DNA from: Verrucomicrobiaceae bacterium
Lineage (GTDB): Bacteria; Verrucomicrobiota; Verrucomicrobiia; Verrucomicrobiales; Akkermansiaceae
Direction: 5' to 3'
Length of the DNA stretch: 64,000 bases
Assembly: GCA_051252135.1 (NCBI GenBank)
Contig: JBPOGH010000001.1
Coordinates: 192,001 to 256,000 of the forward strand
Part shown: one piece after another, positions 1 to 9,529 of the stretch
Layout: each line of letters opens with the position of its first letter
How positions within the stretch are numbered: position 1 is the first letter of the stretch
Notes under the pieces: model-generated
The model's input: only the letters and a program-made list of their open reading frames with translations
Databases searched by the model: none
What the model was told of the DNA's origin: nothing
Program-made: the position numbers and the translations under genes

Positions 1-113
1 TCCCGAAGTTAACTATGGGCCTGAGGTCGATTATCACGATCATCGCACCAAGTGAGGCGATGGTTTCACGACGTTTTGTGAAGGCGGAATCCCTTTCGAG
101 AAGGAATTTCAGA

Positions 114-2303
<2,190 letters not shown>

Positions 2304-2714
2304 TCAAAGCAGAACACGATGGACGGCACGGAAAACGAGCGCTCCGAAGAAACCGCCAAGGGTATCCGCGAGCCAATCGCCGGGATCATTGCCAGTGCGA
2401 TTAGCGAAGAAGGACTGATGCCATTCATCAAAGATTCCGACGATGGAAAGAATGACAGCCACGACGAGGATGATCTTTGTCCATGGGAGCCGATCTTTTC
2501 TGAAGTATAGGGCGGCCGAAAAAAGTCCTCCTCCCCCAAAGAAGTAGCCAAAGTGAACAACCTTATCGATGTGAGCAAATTCGAACCCGAAGAAGAAATT
2601 GGTCGAGGGATGAAATTTGTCTCCGTGAGAGAGCAGGTTGAGGACGATGAACCACAGGATGAGACAGCAGGTCCAAAAACCGCATGTGCGGATTCTGTCG
2701 GGGAATCGGGGCAT
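2304..2714 (-). CDS. VanZ-like membrane protein
   Basis: DKVVHF and DEWHQSF..R..D..DWLAD motifs between hydrophobic helices. Confidence 0.85.
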   Translation of the reverse strand: MPRFPDRIRTCGFWTCCLILWFIVLNLLSHGDKFHPSTNFFFGFEFAHIDKVVHFGYFFGGGGLFSAALYFRKDRLPWTKIILVVAVILSIVGIFDEWHQSFFANRTGNDPGDWLADTLGGFFGALVFRAVHRVLL

Positions 2715-2723
2715 GGACGGACC

Positions 2724-3017
2724 TTATTTGTCGGAATCGCCCGGTTCGCTGCGACGCATTTCGTCTTCCATTCGCTCGGAGAGCCATTGCTTCATCATCG
2801 ACTGGTAGTTGAGGAAACGCGAGCGAGCGATACGTTTGATGCGCGAGAGCATGCGAGGATCAAAGCGCAGGGTAATGGTGGTGGACTCGCGGGAGTCCGG
2901 GGCGTGGATGGAGGCGTTAATGAGGCGCGGGTTGAGGCCGTGCTTGCTCCAGAATTCGGCTTCATCTTCGTCTGAATCAAATTCGGGGACTTCGCTCCAG
3001 GAGGATATGGTGTTCAT
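2724..3017 (-). CDS. BrnA/CopG-family antitoxin-like protein (C-terminal ribbon-helix-helix)
   Basis: P.F.S.EDEAEFW..H N-terminus and TITLRFD..L.RIK.IA....YQ..MK.WL RHH tail; follows the BrnT-like gene. Confidence 0.8.
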   Translation of the reverse strand: MNTISSWSEVPEFDSDEDEAEFWSKHGLNPRLINASIHAPDSRESTTITLRFDPRMLSRIKRIARSRFLNYQSMMKQWLSERMEDEMRRSEPGDSDK

Positions 3018-3031
3018 CGTCTGGTGAATGG

Positions 3032-3310
3032 TTATTTGATTTCAGCGAGTTTGCGGTCGTAATAGGCGGATTCGTCTTCGCTCATTTCACGGGCGCCGAT
3101 GACGCGAGCGCGTTTTCCATCGGTCCAAAAACAAAGGAAGAGGGATCGATTGCCGATGGTTCGGCCCAAGAGGTAGAAGCGGGTTTCTCCGTCTTCACGG
3201 TCGGTATCCGGGATGAGGCGGATCGAAAAGGGGTCCTCGAAGATCTCCTCGATTTCATGAGGCTTGATAAACTTGGTATCAAACGGGGTATCTGCGAAAT
3301 CGAGGTCCAT
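3032..3310 (-). CDS. BrnT (DUF497)-family toxin-like protein
   Basis: E.EEIF.DP, GE.RF..LG.T...R.L...., RVIGAR.M..E...Y pattern. Confidence 0.75.
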   Translation of the reverse strand: MDLDFADTPFDTKFIKPHEIEEIFEDPFSIRLIPDTDREDGETRFYLLGRTIGNRSLFLCFWTDGKRARVIGAREMSEDESAYYDRKLAEIK

Positions 3311-3381
3311 GGGAAATTGGTTGATTTAGGAAACCATACCTTTCATGAGTAGGAAAGGGTAATCTCTTGGTGGGGTTGGGA

Positions 3382-4194
3382 CTAGATGGTGATGAGACCG
3401 TCAAAAACGAAGTCTGCGGGGCCCGTCATGGTGATGTTCGCAAACCGTTGGTCATCGAGGGGATCAAAGGCGATCTCAATGTCATCCCCACCCCGGACGG
3501 TGATGTAGATGGGCGAGGGGGCACCAGTGAGGAGGTGATGGATCAATGCGCAGGCCGTGATTCCCGTGCCGCAGGCAAGGGTTTCGCCTTCGACTCCGCG
3601 CTCATAGGTGCGAACGAGAAGGTGGTTAGGCTTCAATGCTTGGGCGAAGTTGGCATTCGTGCCCTTGGGTTGATAGTGGTCGTGGTAGCGGATGGCGGCG
3701 CCATTTCCGACGATGTCGGTGGATTCGACGTCTTGAACGAAAGCGACGGCGTGGGGGACTCCGGTATTGAGATTGTGAACGGGGACACCAAGAGAATCGA
3801 TTTGAACCGGGGAGTTGAGCTCCAGCCCGAATGGCTCCGACATTTCGATGCGGACGTTTTCACCGATGATTTCGGCACGTAGAGTACCAGCGATCGTCTC
3901 GAAGGTGAGATCGGTGCGGTCGCCTCCGAGGAGGCGGGAGGTGAATCGACCAAAACAGCGGGCACCGTTGCCACACATTTCGGCTTCGCCGCCATCGGCA
4001 TTGTAATAGCGAAACTTCACGTCAGCGCCTTTTTCTGCGGGTTCAACGGCAAGGAGGCCGTCGGCACCGACGCCCCGGTGGCGGTCACAAAGTTTTTCAA
4101 TTTGATCGCGGGAAAGCGAAATATCGAGGGAGCGATTGTCAATGACGACGAAGTCATTGCCAGCTCCGTTCATTTTGGTGAAAGAGAGATTCAT
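3382..4194 (-). CDS. dapF: diaminopimelate epimerase
   Basis: FTKMNGAGNDF, EMCGNGARC, RTYERGVEGETLACGTG; start set at ATG 4194. Confidence 0.97.
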   Translation of the reverse strand: MNLSFTKMNGAGNDFVVIDNRSLDISLSRDQIEKLCDRHRGVGADGLLAVEPAEKGADVKFRYYNADGGEAEMCGNGARCFGRFTSRLLGGDRTDLTFETIAGTLRAEIIGENVRIEMSEPFGLELNSPVQIDSLGVPVHNLNTGVPHAVAFVQDVESTDIVGNGAAIRYHDHYQPKGTNANFAQALKPNHLLVRTYERGVEGETLACGTGITACALIHHLLTGAPSPIYITVRGGDDIEIAFDPLDDQRFANITMTGPADFVFDGLITI

Positions 4195-4235
4195 GGGAGA
4201 TTGATCGTGTTCGAATTGGACTTTCGCAAGGAGAA

Positions 4236-5039
4236 TCAAGCGTTGTGAGTGGCTTCAATCAACGGGGTGACGAACTCGCGAAGGCGCCGGGCGACATCGG
4301 TCTCGTTGGCATTCATTTCGACAGTCTTGACGATCGCGGAACCGACGATGACTCCGTCGGCCTTGGAAGCGACCATCGCGGCGTGTTCGGGATTGCTGAT
4401 ACCGAAGCCCACGCAGATTGGAGTATCGGTGTGGGCGCTGATGCTGGAGACCAGTTCTCCAATCGATTCCGAAGGCGCGGAATGGCCTCCCGTGACTCCG
4501 GTGCGGGAGAGGGCGTAGATAAAACCTTGGGAGGATTGGGCGAGTGATTTCTGGCGATTCGGGGGAGTGGTCGGGGCGATGAGGTGAATGTGGTGTAGTT
4601 CCTGATCCCCGGAGAAATCAACATTTCCTTTGGCCTCGGAGGGAGGGAGATCGAGGAGCAGGATGCCATCGGCGCCGGCTGCAGCGGCATCGTGATGGAA
4701 TTTCTGGTATCCGTAGGCGTAAATTGGGTTGAGGTAGGTGAAGAGAACGAGGGGAGTTTCATGGGTTTCCCTGAATGCGCGGATCAGATCGAGAATGCGG
4801 TGGGTGTTCATGCCGGACTTCAGGGCTCTGTCGGCGGCCATTTGGTTAACAATGCCGTCAGCCATGGGATCCGAGAACGGGACTCCGAGTTCGATAATAT
4901 CCGCGCCCGCATCTGCAAGAGCGAAAAGGATCTCGAGGGATCGGTCGAAGTCAGGGTCGCCGCCACAGACATAGGCAACGAAAGCCTTTTGAGAGGACTT
5001 ACGGAGGCGGGCAAAGGTGGTGTCGATTCGGTTGGCCAT
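4236..5039 (-). CDS. trpA: tryptophan synthase alpha chain
   Basis: IELGVPFSDPMADG, SRTGVTG, VGFGIS, DGVIVGSA; start set at ATG 5039. Confidence 0.97.
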   Translation of the reverse strand: MANRIDTTFARLRKSSQKAFVAYVCGGDPDFDRSLEILFALADAGADIIELGVPFSDPMADGIVNQMAADRALKSGMNTHRILDLIRAFRETHETPLVLFTYLNPIYAYGYQKFHHDAAAAGADGILLLDLPPSEAKGNVDFSGDQELHHIHLIAPTTPPNRQKSLAQSSQGFIYALSRTGVTGGHSAPSESIGELVSSISAHTDTPICVGFGISNPEHAAMVASKADGVIVGSAIVKTVEMNANETDVARRLREFVTPLIEATHNA

Positions 5040-5109
5040 TGATTTGTGGTGAACTTGGCGATGGACGAGAGGAGAGACAAGCCTATCCTCGCAGCCAAGA
5101 CCTTCAATT

Positions 5110-5475
5110 ATGCGTGCCCGAATCATCAAAGACTTCCGTTTTGAAGCCGCTCATACTCTTCCGAGTCTTCCCGGTGACCACAAATGCCGACAAATGCATG
5201 GCCACAGCTTTAAGGTGGAAATCCATGTGGAGGGTGAGGTGAATCCGGCTATCGGGTGGGTGTATGACCACAAATGTATTTCCGAGGCCATGAAGCCATT
5301 GCTGGATATGATGGATCACTCTTACTTGAATGACATTGAGGGATTGGAGAGCCCCACAATTGAGATTATGGCAGCCTGGTTCTGGCGCAAACTGGAAAAG
5401 GATCTGGCCGGCCTCTGTGAGATCGTGATTTACGAAACTCCGACGGCCCGTTGCTCGTTTAAGGGTGAGTTCTAG
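5110..5475 (+). CDS. queD: 6-carboxytetrahydropterin synthase
   Basis: FEAAH, KCRQMHGHS, DHSYLN, PT.E, YETPT motifs. Confidence 0.95.
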   Translation: MRARIIKDFRFEAAHTLPSLPGDHKCRQMHGHSFKVEIHVEGEVNPAIGWVYDHKCISEAMKPLLDMMDHSYLNDIEGLESPTIEIMAAWFWRKLEKDLAGLCEIVIYETPTARCSFKGEF

Positions 5476-5517
5476 GGGGAGAGGGCGGAATTAGGTGAAA
5501 CTAGTTTACGATGTAGA

Positions 5518-5546
5518 TTGACTCTTTGTGCGGACTTCTCTATTAG
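5518..5546 (+). promoter_or_regulatory. putative sigma70-type promoter for the Hcp operon (possibly leaderless transcript)
   Basis: TTGACT-N17-TATTAG ending 6 nt before ATG 5553. Confidence 0.4.
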
Positions 5547-5552
5547 GGGGGA

Positions 5553-6086
5553 ATGAGGGAAATATCGAAATTATCAAAATCTCTGGCCCTGACCGTTCCG
5601 GTGGCTGCTTCGTTGGTTGGGTCGGATTTGGAGGCTGCGGCCTATATTAAATTTGACGGTGTTGATGGGGAGGCGACCTCTCCAGGTGGCGATGGGTTTA
5701 TCAAGATCGAGTATTACAAGATCGAGATTGACCGGAGTGGGCCGAACGGGGCCGCTGCCTTTAAGAATGTTGTGGTGGCTCTTCCCATGGAAAAGGCGTC
5801 GCCCAACCTGATGCTCTCCTGCGCGACCGGTGCGGTTCTTAAGAACGCCACCCTATACGTTACAAGGACGGGGAGCGATGGGACGGAAAACACTTTCCTG
5901 AAGATTGAGTTCACCAAGGTCGTGATCGACAGCTATCGAACCACCGGTGATGGCGGAGACGATCGCCCGGTTGATGAGGTGACACTTGGATACACGGAGG
6001 TTGAATGGACCTACAATGTGCGGGATGCCGGCGGAAAGGTGATTGAGGTCATCAAGACCCCAACGCTTTCCACAGTGCCCAGATAA
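5553..6086 (+). CDS. Hcp-family (T6SS/phage tail-tube fold) protein with N-terminal signal peptide
   Basis: AYIKFDGVDGE, EKASPNLMLSCATG, FLKIEF..V.I.SY, RPVDEVTL.Y..VEW.Y match the Hcp1 pattern; preceded by a basic/hydrophobic leader ending LEA-A. Confidence 0.85.
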   Translation: MREISKLSKSLALTVPVAASLVGSDLEAAAYIKFDGVDGEATSPGGDGFIKIEYYKIEIDRSGPNGAAAFKNVVVALPMEKASPNLMLSCATGAVLKNATLYVTRTGSDGTENTFLKIEFTKVVIDSYRTTGDGGDDRPVDEVTLGYTEVEWTYNVRDAGGKVIEVIKTPTLSTVPR

Positions 6087-6119
6087 AATCGGCTGGCCCG
6101 AGTGAACCACGATTGTCCG

Positions 6120-6986
6120 ATGAAACTGCGAAGCTATTTTAAAGCGCTTATCCTGATGGTGGCGATTGTGCCTATACCGTCGGTTCAAGCGGCACAATTC
6201 TACCTGAAATTGGGCGACATCAAGGGGGAAGCCAGGGCTGAGGGGTTTGAGGGGTGGATTAAGGCCGAATCATTGGGTTTCGATGGAATTGTGGCAGGTA
6301 AGGGGGGCGGTGCCATCAGGGTGATGAAGCGAATCGATGCCGCTACACCTCTGATATTGACGGCAATCTCGACCGGAAAATACATTCGGCAGGCCGAGAT
6401 TGTGCTGATCGAAGACGGTAAGGAGGGTGAAGTCCGAAATTTTGCGGTGCTCAAGCTGCGGGATGTGGTGATCGCCGGGGTTTCTCAGGAGGTATTGGAA
6501 AAGGGGGAAGGTCATTTGGAGGAAGTGACCTTGGCGTTTCGCACGATCCTTTTCAGTTATCCTTCAGCCGATGGTGAGGACTCACCGAAAGTGGCTGATC
6601 TTGGTGGAGATTTGGATTCCGATGGGGATGGAATGACTGACGACTACGAAAGATTCCACGGGTTCGATCCTGCCGTGAATGATTCCGGTTTGGATTCAGA
6701 CAAGGATGGCCTTACCAATTATCAGGAATTTAAACTTGGGTTAAACCCCAAGTCGGCACGATCTTTATTTGAAACAAGGGGGCGACCTTCATCGAAGGAT
6801 CCTTCAAAGTTCCGCCTTGAATGGGAAACGAAGCCCGGGACGGTTTACGATGTCTATTTCACGTCGGATCTTGGCGAGCCATTCAAATTCATCGAGCGTA
6901 TCACGGCTGCCGATTTTGATACGGCATGGGAGGTCGGAACCGGTGGTTTAAAAGGGTTCTACCAGGTTCGCTCGGTGTTGGAATGA
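6120..6986 (+). CDS. secreted Hcp-domain protein with DxDxDG Ca-binding repeats and C-terminal surface-protein domain
   Basis: signal peptide MKLRSYFKALILMVAIVPIPSVQA; FYLKLGDIKGE..GWI, KRIDAATP, LKLRDVVI, EEVTLAF; DSDGDGMTD and DSDKDGLTN repeats; tail ends FYQV. Confidence 0.82.
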   Translation: MKLRSYFKALILMVAIVPIPSVQAAQFYLKLGDIKGEARAEGFEGWIKAESLGFDGIVAGKGGGAIRVMKRIDAATPLILTAISTGKYIRQAEIVLIEDGKEGEVRNFAVLKLRDVVIAGVSQEVLEKGEGHLEEVTLAFRTILFSYPSADGEDSPKVADLGGDLDSDGDGMTDDYERFHGFDPAVNDSGLDSDKDGLTNYQEFKLGLNPKSARSLFETRGRPSSKDPSKFRLEWETKPGTVYDVYFTSDLGEPFKFIERITAADFDTAWEVGTGGLKGFYQVRSVLE

Positions 6987-8449
6987 CGTCTATCACGTTT
7001 AATGATCTCGATGAGTGGAATCCGGAAGCCTTTCTGGATGACTTGAAAGCGGGGGGGTATTCAATTGAGCTGCTTGGATTAAGCAGCGGGGCGTCGCTGG
7101 AGATTGCGAAGATTCGTCCAAAGAGTCAGGAGCAAGAGGTTCTGAGCCGTTTGTTTTTGGCGGGGGAAGGTGTTTCGGAATCAGAGGTGCGACAAAGTCT
7201 CCCAAGGAGTTATCAATCGATTCGGGAGCTGGGGTTGTTGGTGTCAACCGGAGGAACGGTTGCCTCGAAGCTCAGGATTCGTCCGGTTGATGAGTGTTAT
7301 GTGGGAGAAGATTTCCCGAGGGTTCTGGGTGAACGGGACGACGAAATTTCGACAGAGTTTGTGATGGGGGTGGCTCCCACCACACGGATGTTGCGGCGGC
7401 TGATTCCCAACTTTCCCAGACAGCGGGTGTTGGACTTGTGCTGCGGCGGGGGATGGCTTGCGTTGATGGAGAGGGGGAGTGGTGCGGAGGTCGTAGCGAC
7501 CGATTTGAGTGAACGATGTCTTGAGGTGGCGCGCTTCAATGAACGGCTTGCGGGGGTGGAGGTCGATTGGAGGAGGGGGCCTTGGTTTGACCCTGTGAAC
7601 GGGGAGACCTTTGATCTCATCGTATCGAACCCTCCCTTTGTGCAATCTCCGGGTGGCGGTTCGATGGCGCTGGATACCCCATCGGAGGAGGAGCCACTGG
7701 GAGTGATTTTGGGTCAGATTGGCGATCATCTTAATCCGGGAGGAGTGGGGTGTGTGCTGTTAAACTGGCAGTTTGGAGATGAAGAACATTGGGACGAGAT
7801 ACCCCGGTCACTGATTCCAGGCCAAGGGCTTGAGGTGTTGCTCTTTGAAGTGAAGAGACATGACCCGGCCTCGTATGCCGAACATTGGATTCGACAGGAC
7901 ATCCGCTTCAATTCGTCTGAAAAACGAGCGGCAGAGATTGAACGGTGGGTGGAGTATCTTCGTGCCCGTGGCAGTGTGGGAGTTTCCTCCGGATTTGTCC
8001 TAGTGAGAAAATGTGAAATCGGCCGGGAATGGTTTCTGTCCGAATCACGGGAGCTGGAACAGCTGGGGCCTGATACTGCGGAGGAAATGCGGCGAGTGTT
8101 TGAGAATCAGGCTTGGTTGAAGGAGGGAGATAATGAGGGGGGGATTTTGGACGCGCGATTTGAGGCAATTTGTGGGGTTAGGAAGGAAGTGGTCTCGGTC
8201 CTTAAACCGGAAGGCTGGGAGGTTGAGGTTCTGCGATTAATTAGTCCGGGCCGGATCATGTACGATGGCCATATTGACGAGCCACTTCTCTTTTTGTTGG
8301 AGGAATTAGGGCAAGGCCGAACGGCGCGCAGTGTGCTGAAGTCGCTCGCGAAAATGATCGGAGTCTCGCGTCCCGGGGATTTGGAAGTCGGAGTGAAGAA
8401 TCTGGTGGGAGAATTGGTGGGTCGAGGTCTTTTAAAACCCTCCAGGTAG
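6983..8449 (+). CDS. class I SAM-dependent methyltransferase (HemK/PrmC-like NPPF motif) with C-terminal helical domain
   Basis: VLDLCCGGG motif I, VATDLS, FDLIVSNPPF motif IV; ATG overlaps the upstream stop (ATGA at 6983-6986). Confidence 0.85.
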   Translation: MTSITFNDLDEWNPEAFLDDLKAGGYSIELLGLSSGASLEIAKIRPKSQEQEVLSRLFLAGEGVSESEVRQSLPRSYQSIRELGLLVSTGGTVASKLRIRPVDECYVGEDFPRVLGERDDEISTEFVMGVAPTTRMLRRLIPNFPRQRVLDLCCGGGWLALMERGSGAEVVATDLSERCLEVARFNERLAGVEVDWRRGPWFDPVNGETFDLIVSNPPFVQSPGGGSMALDTPSEEEPLGVILGQIGDHLNPGGVGCVLLNWQFGDEEHWDEIPRSLIPGQGLEVLLFEVKRHDPASYAEHWIRQDIRFNSSEKRAAEIERWVEYLRARGSVGVSSGFVLVRKCEIGREWFLSESRELEQLGPDTAEEMRRVFENQAWLKEGDNEGGILDARFEAICGVRKEVVSVLKPEGWEVEVLRLISPGRIMYDGHIDEPLLFLLEELGQGRTARSVLKSLAKMIGVSRPGDLEVGVKNLVGELVGRGLLKPSR

Positions 8450-8527
8450 GAGTTCCGTAAAAAAGGAGGGTGACATGGGGAGATCGGGATTGTCATTTGA
8501 GCGGGAGTGACCTAAGGAGGCTCCTTG

Positions 8528-8710
8528 ATGAAACACTTTGCCTTCGTTTTTGCCCTCGTTGTTCTTGGATTGAGTTCTTGTGAGCGTCACGACTGGGAGT
8601 CCAAGCCCGGTAAGCCCGGCACGGAGGAGCTTTTCAAGCATGCCCCCAAAGATGACGGGGATCACGCCGAGGGAGAGAAGCACGACGGTGAGAAAAAGGA
8701 GGCTCACTGA
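8528..8710 (+). CDS. small His/acidic lipoprotein
   Basis: strong RBS TAAGGAGG at 8513-8520; hydrophobic leader with lipobox LSSC. Confidence 0.7.
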   Translation: MKHFAFVFALVVLGLSSCERHDWESKPGKPGTEELFKHAPKDDGDHAEGEKHDGEKKEAH

Positions 8711-8896
8711 GCCCTTCTCCCGGCTAATCGCTGATCTAGAGTGGAGGGGGTCAGGTGGGGAATCCCGGTGTCCAACGGGTCCGGATTTTGGGGAGAGATC
8801 GACTTTTCGACTGAGGACGTCAGGAAAGAGGAGGCGCTGTGTGGTGAGAATTCTTCCGGTATTTTGTAGTGGAAGGAAGAAAGGGAATGGCTGAAG

Positions 8897-9526
8897 ATGT
8901 TCCTCGTTATGGAACTTATTTTTGCCTCGGTCCTGGGAGGACTCGGAATTGGTGTGCTGGCCCTGATCGGGCTGGCGGTCATTGTCGCTTTCTTTTTCGT
9001 GGGTCAGTACAACGGTCTGGTGAAGCTACGGAACCGTTACCGGAATGCGTTTGCCCAGATTGATGTGCAGCTCAAGCGTCGGCATGACCTGATTCCCAAT
9101 CTGGTCGAGACGGCCAAAGCATACCTTTCCCACGAGAGGGAAACGTTGGAGGCGGTGATTCAGGCAAGGAATGCCGCTGAATCCGCGCGCAACAATGTGA
9201 GTCCGGACAATGCGGGGTCGATGGAAAAGCTGGCCCAGGCAGAAGGGGGCCTGGGGTCGGTTTTGGGCCGTCTTTTTGCTCTCTCCGAGGCCTATCCGGA
9301 TCTCAAGGGAAACGAAAATATGAAGCAGTTGAGCGAGGAATTGACCAGCACCGAGAACAAGGTGGCTTACGCCCGCCAAGGCTACAACGACTCGGTGATG
9401 ACCTATAACAACAAGCGGGAAGCCTTCCCAAGCAATGTGGTTGCCGGAATGTTCAACTTTGGCGCAGCAGTGCTCTTTGAGGTATCTGACGAATCCGAGC
9501 GAGAAGCAGTTCAGGTGAAGTTTTAA
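8897..9526 (+). CDS. lemA: LemA family protein
   Basis: N-terminal TM, YN.LV, QIDVQLKRR.DLIPNLV, EAYPDLK, TENK+AYARQ.YND. Confidence 0.95.
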   Translation: MFLVMELIFASVLGGLGIGVLALIGLAVIVAFFFVGQYNGLVKLRNRYRNAFAQIDVQLKRRHDLIPNLVETAKAYLSHERETLEAVIQARNAAESARNNVSPDNAGSMEKLAQAEGGLGSVLGRLFALSEAYPDLKGNENMKQLSEELTSTENKVAYARQGYNDSVMTYNNKREAFPSNVVAGMFNFGAAVLFEVSDESEREAVQVKF

Positions 9527-9529
9527 GCG

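Noticed and set aside
5553..8449. A type VI secretion system or contractile injection locus
   Set aside because: Only Hcp-fold genes are present; no sheath, VgrG/PAAR, baseplate, membrane complex or ClpV gene is in the window.
6983..8449. Restriction-modification DNA methyltransferase
   Set aside because: NPPF is shared with protein and RNA N-methyltransferases; no nuclease or specificity gene is nearby and no target-recognition domain is recognisable.
8711..8896. Possible ncRNA or riboswitch in the G-rich spacer before lemA
   Set aside because: Only weak hairpins and no recognisable family motif.
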